Assembly: GCA_025927695.1 (NCBI GenBank)
Contig: JAICLA010000001.1
Span: 1-53,696, forward strand
Direction: 5' to 3'
Length of the DNA stretch: 53,696 nucleotides
Source: Terriglobales bacterium
GTDB taxonomy: Bacteria > Acidobacteriota > Terriglobia > Terriglobales > Acidobacteriaceae
Shown here piece by piece: positions 10,701-20,118 of the stretch; the stretch's first letter is position 1; every line of letters begins with the position of its first letter. Below the pieces are notes generated by a model that saw nothing but the letters and a program-made list of their open reading frames with translations, was not told the origin of the DNA and did not search any database. Both the position numbers and the translations under genes were made by a program.

Positions 10701-10941
10701 AGATAGGTTCCCAGCTCATGCCGGCATCCGTGGTCTTCCAAACGCCGCCGCCTACCGAACCGAAGTACCAAGTGCTGGGATCGCCGGAGACACCTGTGCC
10801 AGACAGCGCGCGGCCGGCGCGGAATGGGCCGACCATGCGCCAATGAAGGTCAGAGAATTGTGCGGGATCGACGGTCTGCGCGTAAACGGCAGACACGAGA
10901 ATGAACAGTGAGACTGCTAGCGAAGCGAATTTCTTAGACAC
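7744..10941 (-). CDS. secreted BNR/Asp-box repeat protein, sortilin/VPS10-like tandem beta-propeller (paralogue 2)
   Basis: ORF 7744-11052. Its upstream part would overlap the neighbouring gene. GTG at 10941 is preceded by GGAGGA with a 5-nt spacer and gives VSKKFASLAVSLFILVSAVYAQ as a signal peptide. There are at least 10 Asp-box motifs (TTDAGMSWE, SADAGKTWN, TTDGGRSWN, STDAGATWK, TTNGGNSWD, TRDGGKTWQ and others). The C-terminal part is Ig-like plus helical, with an acidic tail TDTDDNDTK. Confidence 0.8.
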   Translation of the reverse strand: MSKKFASLAVSLFILVSAVYAQTVDPAQFSDLHWRMVGPFRAGRALSGTGVSGDPSTWYFGSVGGGVWKTTDAGMSWEPIFDKAPIASVGAVAVAPSDPNIVYVGTGEADMRDDISYGAGLYKSADAGKTWNFIGLKDSRQIGKIIIDPKNADIAYVASLGHAYGANAERGVFKTTDGGRSWNKVLFKDENSGAIDIAFDPSDSNTIYAALWQTRRPPWNVYPPSNGPGSGLYKSTDAGATWKQLTNGLPVENLGRMGIAISAANPKRIYLVVDAKEGGIYRSDDAGETFTLADKEARVWGRGWYFGIIAADPKNADNVFVANTSTYKSTDGGHNFVAFKGAPGGDDYHGIWISPDDSNRIIISSDQGTIITLNGGKTWSSWYNQPTAQIYHVVTDNKFPYWIYGAQQDSGAVAVPSRTRWASLTERDFRPIGVGGESGSIAVDPKDSNIIYGGTVSKLNFTTWEDQSISPTLGREGNFRTIWTLPLTASQADKNKLYFSHQMLFRTTNGGNSWDQISPDLTREDPGVPANLDPITAKYGLVSPRKGVIYAIAPSPIDANTVWVGTDDGLVQLTRDDGKTWQNVTPKELTPWSKVGIIDASHFDKNTAYAAVDRHRLEDIKPYIYRTRDGGKTWQMIANGIPEGAYVNAVREDIERKGLLFAGTELGVYVSFNDGDNWQPLQFNLPVTPVRDIAVRHDDLVIATHGRSFWILDDMEPLREAGSKLSSQDAFLFQPEVAYRVRPGSDQGTPYPPEIAHADNAPNGAMIDYYLKSASSSMVTLEILDGSGNLVRRYSSDDRTPQIDEKTLDIPMYWIKPTPVLSAGAGMHRFAWDLHYASATAAGPRAGRRGGSGPWAVPGQYTAKLTVDGKSLTAPITVKMDPRINVTQADLQTQLTASQKASETSTELVRSVAQATNISRQLRDVRARAQGKADVIAALDKFEQRMADVAGKEQAGFGAGATETMSTDETSLRHLSGMAGQVLGAMQSADTAPTADQLAALDHVQKVAATTTDQWHQVVSQDLPALNSQLRSAGLPEISPEQRGGGGRAGAAAPEPTDTDDNDTK

Positions 10942-11005
10942 TGCTGTCCTCCGGAGTTGGATTTTGTCTCCGGAACTCCGGAGGGTTTTAAAGCAGCGAT
11001 TTGGC

Positions 11006-14000
11006 TTACTGGTTATCGTCGTCTTCCTCTTGTGCGCCGGTGGCGTTGTCATTCGCTGACTTCACCGTAATCGGCGTCCCCGCGAACAAAGTGGACGAGC
11101 CTTTTTCAATGGCCAGCTTGTTGAAAGCAACCACTTCGTTGTTAAGGAAGTCATTGATCTCTTTCAAGTGCCGGTCAAGTTCCTTGCGGACTTCTGTCAT
11201 TTCTTCCACGGCAAGCTCATTAGGAGCCTGCGCGTAACCGGAATTAACGATGCCATTCACGCTGCGCAAGCGGTTTTGGAAGCGCGAGAGATAGTGCAGA
11301 TCGTCTGACGCGCCGGGTTGGATGTCATGGTTGTAGATCGGCTCTTCCAAAGCATCCAGCTTCTTGCGCATCGCCCGCGCCTGTTGCAGCACCGGGCGAT
11401 ATTCAGCATTCTGCACGCCATTCTCGTCCGTCGCCCCGAGAAGTTCTTCGATGGATGAGAGCTGCTTCTTCAGGCTGTTAATGCGGTTCAAAGCTTCGTT
11501 CAAGGCGGAGGTTTCGTCGCGCACTTCAAGAGCGGCGGCTACCTGTGCTTTGAAACCATTGACATCTGCGTTGGGGAAACGCGGATCAAGCGCCACTTCC
11601 ACCGTTTTTGTCTCACTCTTGCCGTTGGCAGTCACTGTGACTTTGTAAGTGCCCGGAATCACCGCTGGGCCAGCATTACGGTTGAAGAACGGATTCTCTT
11701 CTTCAGCCGCTGCGTTTTGCGGGAGGAAGTTCAACTGTTTCGGACCGGCGTAACGTAGGTCCCAATTGGCGCGGTTGTAGCCCATCTTTGATGGACCGTA
11801 CATGGTACGAACCATCTTTCCGTCCGCATCTGTAATAACGATCTTCACCGGACCTTCGCGCTTCCGACGCTGTTCGGGTGAAGCTTTCAGTTCCTCAGGA
11901 AGGTAATAGTCAACCTCGGCGCCGGACGGAGGATTGGGTGCGACAAAACTGCCCGCGCTGAATCCGCCCTTGTTCCAGAAGTGCCAGTGATTGGCCGCCT
12001 GGATAGAAAAGAGATGGAAAGAGTTGTCGCCGGTGGATTCTTCGAGCGGAGTGATGTTGTCCATCACGAACAGACCGCGGCCGTGCGTGGCGACGACCAA
12101 GTCGTGTGACTTTTTCACGAACTTTATGTCATAGACAGGGGCGGTGGGGAAGTTGCTCTTGAGAGGAGTCCACTTAGAGCCATCGTCGTTGGAGTAGTAG
12201 AGGCCGGTGTCAGTACCGAGAACAAGGAACCCTCTGCGGTTCGGGTTCTCACGGATCACGCGAGCAGGAACATCTTCCGGCAGGCCTTCATTGATCGCGG
12301 TCCAGGTCTTGCCGAAATCTTTCGTCTTATAAACATAGGGACGGTTGTTGTCCACTTCGTGGAAATCGACCGCGGCATAAGCGGTGCCCGCCTCGAAGCG
12401 CGAAGCTTCGATCTGCTGCAGACGTCCCCACTCGGGCAAACCTTTTGGTGTGACGTTTGACCAGTGGTCCCCGCCATCCTGCGTAACTTGGATCACGCCA
12501 TCATCAGTGCCGGCCCAAATGATCTTGCTGTCCACGGGCGACAGTGACATGGACAGGACGCAGTCGAACGTCTCGGCACCGCTCATGTCGAGTTCGACCA
12601 TGCCGCCGCTGCTCTCCTGCTTAGTCTTGTCATTGCGAGTGAGATCGGGGCTGATGGGTTTCCAGTGCGCGCCCGCATCAGTGGACTTGAAGATCACATT
12701 GCCGCCCATGTAAACCTCATCCGGGTTCTTCGGATTCACGATGATGGGTGTGGTCCAGTTGAACCGGTATTTGAGGTCGGCAGGCTTCTTGTCGCCCACG
12801 CCCAAGAAGTACGGACGGATGGAATCGCTCAGCCCATTGCCCACATTCACGCGTTGGATATAACCGTTCTGCGAATCAGCGTATACGTTTTTCGAAGTTC
12901 CGGCAGCCGGGACAACGTATTCGCCGTCACCACCCACAACCGTGAACCAATCGCTCTCGCCAATGCCGCTGCGGTTAAGAGTGTTGGAAGCGCCGCACCA
13001 GCCATTGTTGTCTTGCAAGCCGCCGCAGAGCATATAAGGCGTGGCCTCGTCTGCGTCCACTTGGTAGAACTCTTCGATCGGGAGATTGTTAAGGAAACGC
13101 CAGTCGAGGCCGGCGTTGTGAGAGACGTACACGCCGCCATCGTTGCCCAGGATGATGCGCTCGGGATCCTTGGGGTCGATCCACATGGTGTGGTTGTCAG
13201 GGTGGACGCCGCGCCCTGAGACGCGCGATGTCTTGCCGCCATCGTCAGAGACGAGCACATTGAATGACAGGAAGTAGACGCGGTTCTCGTCTGTCGGAGA
13301 GACCTGCATTTCACTGAAGTAGAACGGACGTGCATCGAGCGCGTGGTTGTTGCTTACTTCTCGCCAATGATCGCCAAGATCTTGAGAATCGTAGAGCAAG
13401 CCCTTCTTCGCTTCCACCAACGCATAGATGTGGCGCGGATTGCTGGGCGCAGCCGCGATGCCGATGTTTCCTATCGGTCCTTCCGGCATTCCGTCTGTTA
13501 ATTTTTTCCAAGTCGCGCCCCCATCAGTGGAGCGATAGATCCCGCTGTTCGGCCCGCCGTTATCCAGGTTCCACGGATGACGAACCATCTGCCACATGCC
13601 GGCGAACAGGACCATCGGGTTGCCGGGGTCCATCACCAGTGAGCTGACTCCTGTGGTGTCATTCACGTAGAGCACTTTGTCCCAAGTCTTGCCGCCGTCA
13701 GTTGTGCGGAAGACACCGCGTTCGGGATTCGGTCCCCATGCGTGGCCGAGCACGCCCACGAAGACGATATTTGAATTGTTCGGGTCGATCACGATGTTGG
13801 CGATCTGTCCGGCATCTTTCAGTCCCATGGACTTCCAAGTGGAACCCGCGTCAGTGGAGAGGTAAACGCCCTTGCCGGTTGCAACGTCATTACGAATGTT
13901 CGACTCGCCCGTGCCCACCCAAACTAGATTCGGATTCGACGGAGCAAGAGCAATAGCGCCGATGGAGGCGTTGTCTTCCTTCTCAAAGATGGCTTTCCAT

Positions 14001-14278
14001 GAAAGCCCACCGTCAACCGTCTTGAACACGCCACCCGCTGCCGCGCCAACGTAATAGATGTTCGGCTGGCCGGGTATGCCCACCACTGCAGCTACGCGTC
14101 CGCCGCCGGCCGCAGGCCCAAGATTGCGGAACCGCAGATTCTCAAGTGGATCTTTAGGGCCGCTGTTGTCACTCGGGGCGGGGATGTCACGATTGCCGCG
14201 GCGCTGGGCAGATGCTGTAAGAGAAAGTAGGGCAGTGGCAAATAAGAAAAGGAACAGAATCCTTAACGTGGCTTTCAT
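11006..14278 (-). CDS. secreted BNR/Asp-box repeat protein, sortilin/VPS10-like tandem beta-propeller (paralogue 1)
   Basis: 1090 aa with signal peptide MKATLRILFLFLFATALLSLTASAQ. Repeated Asp boxes are present (TVDGGLSWK, STDAGSTWK, TTDGGKTWD, STDGGATWK, SDDGGKTS, STDAGAHWK, TQDGGDHWS, TKDFGKTWT, SNDDGSKWT). It is colinear with the downstream paralogue, including the helical C-terminal region and an acidic tail EEDDDNQ. RBS GAGG lies upstream. Confidence 0.8.
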   Translation of the reverse strand: MKATLRILFLFLFATALLSLTASAQRRGNRDIPAPSDNSGPKDPLENLRFRNLGPAAGGGRVAAVVGIPGQPNIYYVGAAAGGVFKTVDGGLSWKAIFEKEDNASIGAIALAPSNPNLVWVGTGESNIRNDVATGKGVYLSTDAGSTWKSMGLKDAGQIANIVIDPNNSNIVFVGVLGHAWGPNPERGVFRTTDGGKTWDKVLYVNDTTGVSSLVMDPGNPMVLFAGMWQMVRHPWNLDNGGPNSGIYRSTDGGATWKKLTDGMPEGPIGNIGIAAAPSNPRHIYALVEAKKGLLYDSQDLGDHWREVSNNHALDARPFYFSEMQVSPTDENRVYFLSFNVLVSDDGGKTSRVSGRGVHPDNHTMWIDPKDPERIILGNDGGVYVSHNAGLDWRFLNNLPIEEFYQVDADEATPYMLCGGLQDNNGWCGASNTLNRSGIGESDWFTVVGGDGEYVVPAAGTSKNVYADSQNGYIQRVNVGNGLSDSIRPYFLGVGDKKPADLKYRFNWTTPIIVNPKNPDEVYMGGNVIFKSTDAGAHWKPISPDLTRNDKTKQESSGGMVELDMSGAETFDCVLSMSLSPVDSKIIWAGTDDGVIQVTQDGGDHWSNVTPKGLPEWGRLQQIEASRFEAGTAYAAVDFHEVDNNRPYVYKTKDFGKTWTAINEGLPEDVPARVIRENPNRRGFLVLGTDTGLYYSNDDGSKWTPLKSNFPTAPVYDIKFVKKSHDLVVATHGRGLFVMDNITPLEESTGDNSFHLFSIQAANHWHFWNKGGFSAGSFVAPNPPSGAEVDYYLPEELKASPEQRRKREGPVKIVITDADGKMVRTMYGPSKMGYNRANWDLRYAGPKQLNFLPQNAAAEEENPFFNRNAGPAVIPGTYKVTVTANGKSETKTVEVALDPRFPNADVNGFKAQVAAALEVRDETSALNEALNRINSLKKQLSSIEELLGATDENGVQNAEYRPVLQQARAMRKKLDALEEPIYNHDIQPGASDDLHYLSRFQNRLRSVNGIVNSGYAQAPNELAVEEMTEVRKELDRHLKEINDFLNNEVVAFNKLAIEKGSSTLFAGTPITVKSANDNATGAQEEDDDNQ

Positions 14279-14373
14279 GGTGATACCTCAAGGGAGTTTT
14301 GACTAGGAAGAATAGTATTTCACTCTTTTTACAAAGCGATGGCAAGCCGCTTCACGAAACTTTACAAAATCTT

Positions 14374-15192
14374 TTAGGCCTTAGCACTTTGGCCCAGGAT
14401 GAAGCGTTCGATCGCGTTCGCGAAGCCTTCATTCTCGTTGGTCGTCGTAACGAACGTGGCTTTCTTCTGCACTTCCGCAGGTGCGTTTCCCATAGCGATG
14501 CTCGTGCCGCTCTTCTCAAACATAAAGACATCGCCCTGCATGTCGCCGATGGTGATGATGTCTTTTGGATCGATGCGTAGAATGTTCGACAACGCGAGCA
14601 CCGCGCGTCCTTTATCAGCGTCAGGATGTGTGATGTCGAGATAATAAGGTTGCGAACGGCTGGCAGCGACGCGGTCGCCCAGCGCTGCGTGCACTGCGGC
14701 CTCGCAGCGGATCACGGCGTCATGGTCATCGCTGACGCCGACTATTTTTCCCGCGAGCGCGATATGCGGCTCGAACGAAGAGGTTGCTGTGGCCAGGAAT
14801 CTGACTGTGTTCTGTTCGCGCTCCACATGCGGTGCTTTAGGATCGAGCACGAACCAGTCTTGCGAGGTCCAAAGCCATGGATTAAGCCCGTGCTGCTGGA
14901 TGATCGCGATGCATTCGCGGGCGGCGTCAGCAGGAACAAGCTTTTGTTCGATGATGGAAAGGTCCGGCCGAACGATCATGCCGCCGTTGAAAGCGGCCAC
15001 AGGCTCCGTGATCTTCAGCGGTTCGATCAGGTGTTTCATACCGCGCGGCGGACGGCTACTGATGATAGTGAGGCGCACGCCGGCATCGCGTAGTTCATTT
15101 GCGGCAGTGATGGAGCGCGCAGTCAGCACCTTGTCGTGCGTGACAAGGGTGCCGTCAATGTCAGATACAAGAAGTCGCTGGTCGTTGGGCAT
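14374..15192 (-). CDS. Cof-type HAD-IIB family hydrolase (sugar-phosphate phosphatase-like)
   Basis: 272 aa with motif I VSDIDGTLV near the N-terminus, a cap domain, and a C-terminal IGDMQGD motif. Same strand as, and directly upstream of, the two propeller genes. Confidence 0.75.
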   Translation of the reverse strand: MPNDQRLLVSDIDGTLVTHDKVLTARSITAANELRDAGVRLTIISSRPPRGMKHLIEPLKITEPVAAFNGGMIVRPDLSIIEQKLVPADAARECIAIIQQHGLNPWLWTSQDWFVLDPKAPHVEREQNTVRFLATATSSFEPHIALAGKIVGVSDDHDAVIRCEAAVHAALGDRVAASRSQPYYLDITHPDADKGRAVLALSNILRIDPKDIITIGDMQGDVFMFEKSGTSIAMGNAPAEVQKKATFVTTTNENEGFANAIERFILGQSAKA

Positions 15193-15266
15193 GGTCAGGG
15201 CGAGAGCCTTTGTATCACAAGGCGCGCAATTAATGTGATTCGTTTAGACTGCCTGCTGCGTCTATT

Positions 15267-17987
15267 ATGACCATGCCTTGTCATCCTCATCATGCGGGAG
15301 CCCGATTGAAACCCGTCCGCCCACTCGTGTACTTAATAGTTTTGTGCATTTCGGCTACGGCGCAGCAGCAGCGCGCGGAAAGTGGACCGATTCCGGCGCC
15401 AGTGGTTCGCAACGCAGAAGGCAAGTTGCCGCAGGACTCCGGACGCCTTGGCCTGGAAGACATGTTGCGCCGCCTGCACACCACCGCACGTATGATGATG
15501 ACTACGGCCCATCCTGACGATGAGGATGGCGGCATGCTGGTTTACGAATCGCGCGGCAAGGGCGTGGACGTGATGTTGATGACGCTGACCCGCGGCGATG
15601 GCGGACAGAACAAGACCGGCAGCGGATTCTTTGACGAACTCGGCGTACTGCGCACTCTGGAACTTCTGGATTCAGACCGCTATTACGGCGTGAAACAGCG
15701 CTTCTCTCACGTCGCGGATTTCGGTTTCTCAAAGAGCGCGCAAGAGACGTTTGAAAAATGGGGCGGCAAAGATGTGCCACTGTCAGACATGGTGCGCGTG
15801 ATCCGCACGTTCCGTCCGGATGTGGTGGTATCGCGTTTCTCGGGCACGCCGCGTGATGGACACGGCAATCATCAGGCCGTCGGCATCCTTACGCCGGAAG
15901 CGGTGAAAGCAGCAGCCGACCCGAATCGTTTCCCTGAGCAGATCAAAGAAGGCTTGCCCGCCTGGCAGGTAAAAAAACTCTATATGGGATTGCGGGGCGC
16001 GGACGACTATACCGTGCGCATTGCCGCGGGAGAAAAGTTCGAGCCGCTAGGCATGAGCTATGCCGAGTTTGGCGTGCAAGGTTACAGTCACCAGAAGTCT
16101 CAGAACGCGCAGGTGTATCCCATGCAGCCGGGACCCAGCTATCGGTCTTATGGTTTGGTGATGCCCGAAGTGGCGCCGGGAACCCATGAGAATGATTTCT
16201 TTGATGGGATCGATACCACGTTAGTGGGATTGAGCGATCGACTATTCAACCCATCGCAGCCTTGGGACGAAGACATAACCAGGATGTTGAATAAAGGTGA
16301 ACTGAAATCCCTACTACAGGAAATTGCGAAGAATATAGATGAGGCTACGGCCGTCGAGAAGACTGACCCTGTAAAAGCGGCGCTCCCTTTACTGCAAGGA
16401 AAAAGGCTATGCCATCAACTGCTTATGCTGATTGACCCCACCAGCAAAGCGTCGAAATTCCCAGGCTTCTTGCCTCCTGACAAACTGCGGCTGATCGACA
16501 GGATCAACGAAAAAGAGCGCCAATTCCAAGAAGCAGCGAATCTTGCACTTGGCCTCTCGCTCGAAACCGATCTCAAGACTGACAATAGTTCCAACGAAGT
16601 AGTCCCGGGACAGAAATTCATCGTCTCAACTCGCTTGAACAATACGAGTAGTTCCCGGGTTAATCTCGTGGGTCAATCGGAATGGGACAACTGGAAAAAA
16701 CAAGCCTCCACTAAAGATTCTTCGTTTGAGATATCAACATTCACCGTCCCTCCTAATGCCGAATACACCCGCCCATATTGGCATCGCAAAGATCCTGACA
16801 AAGATGCGGTCTTCATCATCGACGAACCCAAGTACGCTACTCTGCCTCTTCCGCCACCGCCCATTGTCGTCACACAGAAATATAAATATCAAGGTGAAGA
16901 GGGTGAAGTCAGCGCGGTACCCAGCGCGATGGTTGATGGCCAGCGTCGCGAGATCGCCGTGGTGCCGCCATTTGCCATCGAGCTTGAGCACGCGGCGTTC
17001 GTCATTCCTTCCACCGCAAATGGGCGACTAGAAGTAAAAGCGGAGGTCCAGAAAGATGTTCCCAGTGTGGCGAAAGCGTCAGCGAAGCTTTCTAGTCCGG
17101 CAGGATGGTCAGTCTCTCCCTCGCAGCAATCGCTTGATTCGTCGAGTGCGGCAAAAAATGAATTGTCGTTTTCAATCTCACCCGGCAAACTCAAAGAAGG
17201 CGACTACGACATTGCTGCTGCTATCGACTACAACGGCAAGCAATACGACCAAGGCTTCAGCGTTGTCAGCCGCGAAGACATCGGCACGTTTTATTACTAC
17301 CAGCGCGCGACTCAGCGCGTAAGCGTAGTCGATACAAAACTCCCGACCGGACTAAAAGTCGGCTACATCATGGGCGCGGGCGATGACATCCCCGCAGTCC
17401 TAGAGCACCTTGGCATCAACGTCACCATGCTGAAGGATGATGACATTGCGCGCGCCGACCTCAGCCAGTACGGCACCATCATCCTCGGTATCCGAGCCTA
17501 TGACACGCAAGACGCGGTGAAGACGAACAATCAGCGTCTGCTCGACTTCGTGCAAAACGGCGGCACTCTCGTCGTACAGAACAACTTCAGCGTAAGTGAT
17601 TTCAACAATGGCAAGTACACGCCTTATCCAACGCAGCTGAGCAATCAGCGTGTGAGCGTGGAAGAAGCGCCCGTCACCATCCTCGTGCCGGACGACTCCG
17701 TCTTCCACTATCCCAACACCATCACGCAAAAAGATTTTGACGGATGGGTGCAAGAGCGCGGCGTGAACTTCATGTCGAGTTGGGACGACCACTTCCAGCC
17801 ACTGCTCGCTTGCAACGATCCCGGAGAACAGCCTCTTAAGGGCGGAATGTTGCGCGCCAACTTCGGCAAAGGAACTTACATCTACACCGGCTACGCATTC
17901 TTCCGGCAGCTACCTTACGGCGTGCCCGGTGCTGTGCGTCTCTACGTGAACCTGCTGAGCGCGGGACATGAGCCAGCCGGAAAATAG
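15267..17987 (+). CDS. PIG-L/LmbE family deacetylase fused to a large C-terminal region (ThuA/GATase1-like end)
   Basis: 906 aa with a signal-like N-terminus. The LmbE signature TAHPDDEDGG and the string GHGNHQA are present. The C-terminal YGTIILGIRAYD...LLDFVQNGGTLVVQ resembles ThuA/DUF4159-type folds. Confidence 0.65.
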   Translation: MTMPCHPHHAGARLKPVRPLVYLIVLCISATAQQQRAESGPIPAPVVRNAEGKLPQDSGRLGLEDMLRRLHTTARMMMTTAHPDDEDGGMLVYESRGKGVDVMLMTLTRGDGGQNKTGSGFFDELGVLRTLELLDSDRYYGVKQRFSHVADFGFSKSAQETFEKWGGKDVPLSDMVRVIRTFRPDVVVSRFSGTPRDGHGNHQAVGILTPEAVKAAADPNRFPEQIKEGLPAWQVKKLYMGLRGADDYTVRIAAGEKFEPLGMSYAEFGVQGYSHQKSQNAQVYPMQPGPSYRSYGLVMPEVAPGTHENDFFDGIDTTLVGLSDRLFNPSQPWDEDITRMLNKGELKSLLQEIAKNIDEATAVEKTDPVKAALPLLQGKRLCHQLLMLIDPTSKASKFPGFLPPDKLRLIDRINEKERQFQEAANLALGLSLETDLKTDNSSNEVVPGQKFIVSTRLNNTSSSRVNLVGQSEWDNWKKQASTKDSSFEISTFTVPPNAEYTRPYWHRKDPDKDAVFIIDEPKYATLPLPPPPIVVTQKYKYQGEEGEVSAVPSAMVDGQRREIAVVPPFAIELEHAAFVIPSTANGRLEVKAEVQKDVPSVAKASAKLSSPAGWSVSPSQQSLDSSSAAKNELSFSISPGKLKEGDYDIAAAIDYNGKQYDQGFSVVSREDIGTFYYYQRATQRVSVVDTKLPTGLKVGYIMGAGDDIPAVLEHLGINVTMLKDDDIARADLSQYGTIILGIRAYDTQDAVKTNNQRLLDFVQNGGTLVVQNNFSVSDFNNGKYTPYPTQLSNQRVSVEEAPVTILVPDDSVFHYPNTITQKDFDGWVQERGVNFMSSWDDHFQPLLACNDPGEQPLKGGMLRANFGKGTYIYTGYAFFRQLPYGVPGAVRLYVNLLSAGHEPAGK

Positions 17988-19419
17988 CCCGACGCTTCAG
18001 CGTGGGTTGAACCTGCGCAGCGCGATCGCGCTGAACATGATCGACATGATCGGCGTCGGGCCGTTCATCACCATTCCGCTGATCATCAGCGCGATGGGTG
18101 GCCCGCAGGCGATGCTCGGCTGGGTGCTGGGCGCCGTGCTCGCGATCTGCGATGGGCTTGTCTGGGCGGAGTTAGGTGCGGCCATGCCGCGCGCCGGTGG
18201 CTCGTACTTTTATCTCAAAAACATTTACGGCGAGAACGGTTTCGGCCGCTTGATGTCATTCCTTTTCATCTGGCAGCTTTCATTCAGCGCGCCGTTGTCC
18301 ATAGCTTCCGGATGCATCGGCCTCAGCCGCTACGCCGCGTACATCTTTCCATCGCTCGACCACTCGTGGATGACGATCACGCTGAGCCTCGGATTTCCGT
18401 ATTTCGGCGAGACCTCGCCGAGCATCTCCATCAGCAACGCAGCATTTCTAGCCGTGGCCGCATGTCTACTCGCCGTGTGGCTGCTCTATCGCAAGATCGG
18501 TGACATCGGCCGATTCTCAGTGCTCATGTGGTCTGGCGTGTTGATCACGATTGCGTGGGTCATCTTTGCCGGAGTCACGCACTTTGATGCGAAACGCGCG
18601 TTCGATTTTCCTCCGAATGCATGGGCGCTCGATCACAGTTTCTTTCTCGGGCTCGGCGCTGCGCTCCTCGTCTCAACATACGATTTCTGGGGTTACTACA
18701 ACATCTGTTTCCTGGGCGAGGAAGTGGAGAATCCCGAGCGCAATATTCCGCGCGCCATGATGTATTCGATCCTTGCGGTCACCGCAATCTACTTAGTGAT
18801 GAACACCAGCATCCTGGGCGTACTGCCATGGCGCGACCTGAGCGCTGTCGCCGCGAGTGACTCGCGTTATTACATCGTCTCCACCTTCATGGAGCACATC
18901 TATGGACACTGGGCCGGCCTGCTCGCCTCTGCGCTGATCATTTGGACGGCATTCGCCTCAGTCTTTTCGCTCCTGCTCGGCTATTCGCGCGTACCCTACG
19001 CCGCCGCGCAAGATGGCAACTACTTCAGAGCCTTCGGGCGCGTGCATCCCAAGCACCGCATTCCGCATGTTTCACTTCTTTGGATGGGTGGCGTGGCAGC
19101 GCTTTTCTGCTTCCTGAAGCTGGCAGATGTTATCGCCGCCTTGGTCATTATCCGGCTAACGATTCAGTTCCTGGCTCAGTCTATCGGCGTAATGGTCCTT
19201 CGGGTCCAGCAACCAGATCTGGTTCGCCCGTTCCGCATGTACTTGTATCCGCTGCCGGCGATTGTTGCCACCGTTGGATTCCTCTATGTGATGTTCTGGC
19301 GCCCGAATCATTGGAAAGAGATCCGCTATGCAGCCGTGCTGATCGTTACGGGAGTGATCATTTATCTCGTGCGGTCACAAAGGCGCAAAGAATGGCCATT
19401 CGCAGACTCCAAAGCATAG
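17968..19419 (+). CDS. APC superfamily amino acid/polyamine permease
   Basis: 483 aa with about 12 hydrophobic segments. An N-terminal GVGPFITIPL-type motif is present. The start overlaps the preceding gene by 20 nt. Confidence 0.8.
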   Translation: MSQPENSPTLQRGLNLRSAIALNMIDMIGVGPFITIPLIISAMGGPQAMLGWVLGAVLAICDGLVWAELGAAMPRAGGSYFYLKNIYGENGFGRLMSFLFIWQLSFSAPLSIASGCIGLSRYAAYIFPSLDHSWMTITLSLGFPYFGETSPSISISNAAFLAVAACLLAVWLLYRKIGDIGRFSVLMWSGVLITIAWVIFAGVTHFDAKRAFDFPPNAWALDHSFFLGLGAALLVSTYDFWGYYNICFLGEEVENPERNIPRAMMYSILAVTAIYLVMNTSILGVLPWRDLSAVAASDSRYYIVSTFMEHIYGHWAGLLASALIIWTAFASVFSLLLGYSRVPYAAAQDGNYFRAFGRVHPKHRIPHVSLLWMGGVAALFCFLKLADVIAALVIIRLTIQFLAQSIGVMVLRVQQPDLVRPFRMYLYPLPAIVATVGFLYVMFWRPNHWKEIRYAAVLIVTGVIIYLVRSQRRKEWPFADSKA

Positions 19420-19457
19420 GGCCTCATCACTCAATCACTCACCCCAGGAGAGAAGAA

Positions 19458-20051
19458 ATGCAACGTTTCAGTCTTATTGCAGCAGCGTTATTCATGTGTG
19501 CCGCCGCCGCATTCGCGCAGGACGCGCAGAAGCCGGCATCACCGCCAACACCAACCATGTCACGCGTGATAAATGGCCAGATCAACAGTGTGGAACGCGA
19601 ACTGGTGCCGCTGGTAGAAGCCATGCCGGAAGATAAATTCGACTTCGCGCCTACCAATGGAGAATTTAAAGGAGTTCGCACCTTCGGCAAGATGGTGAAA
19701 CACATTGCCGTAACCAATGTTCTTATGGCTTCCGTGATGATCGACCAACCGCAGCCGAAGTTGACGGACGAAGAAGCTGACAATGGCCCCGCCAATATAA
19801 AGACAAAAGCGGAGATCGTTCAGTACCTCAAAGATTCCTTCGCCATGTTGCACAAGGCTGCGGAAGGCACGACGCCGGAAAACATCATGACTCCGGTGAA
19901 AAACCCTTTTGGTGGGAAAAATCCGTCTTTCCGCCTGGGACTATTCATCTCGAACCTCGCGCATAGCCGCGATCACTATGGTCAACTGGTGGAATATCTA
20001 CGCGACAACGGCATTGTTCCGCCTGCAAGCCGCCCGCAACCGGCGAAGTAG
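19458..20051 (+). CDS. DinB family protein with signal peptide
   Basis: ORF 18942-20051 is an upstream extension overlapping the permease. ATG 19458 follows AGGAGAGAAG and gives MQRFSLIAAALFMCAAAAFAQ. The C-terminal HSRDHYGQLVEYLR is the DinB His-triad helix. Confidence 0.75.
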   Translation: MQRFSLIAAALFMCAAAAFAQDAQKPASPPTPTMSRVINGQINSVERELVPLVEAMPEDKFDFAPTNGEFKGVRTFGKMVKHIAVTNVLMASVMIDQPQPKLTDEEADNGPANIKTKAEIVQYLKDSFAMLHKAAEGTTPENIMTPVKNPFGGKNPSFRLGLFISNLAHSRDHYGQLVEYLRDNGIVPPASRPQPAK

Positions 20052-20073
20052 CCCCACTTCCCCGAAAAACAAA

Positions 20074-20107
20074 AGGTCTGACCTCGCGGTCAGACCTGTT
20101 TCTCTTT
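20074..20107. terminator. bidirectional intrinsic terminator between convergent DinB genes
   Basis: 10-bp stem AGGTCTGACC (20074-20083) / GGTCAGACCT (20088-20097) with loop TCGC. It is flanked by AAAAACAAAA upstream and GTTTCTCTTT downstream. Confidence 0.85.
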
Positions 20108-20118
20108 AAGAGATATTT

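Noticed and set aside
10942-11052. N-terminal extension of the second propeller gene, which would overlap the upstream paralogue by 47 nt.
   Set aside because: The GTG at 10941 has a GGAGGA RBS and gives a proper signal peptide. The extension (MTTPPAHKRKTTITSKPNRCF...) is not signal-like.
18942-19457. 172-codon upstream extension of the DinB ORF overlapping the permease gene.
   Set aside because: The extension is R/S/P-rich out-of-frame read-through of the permease gene. ATG 19458 has an RBS and a signal peptide.
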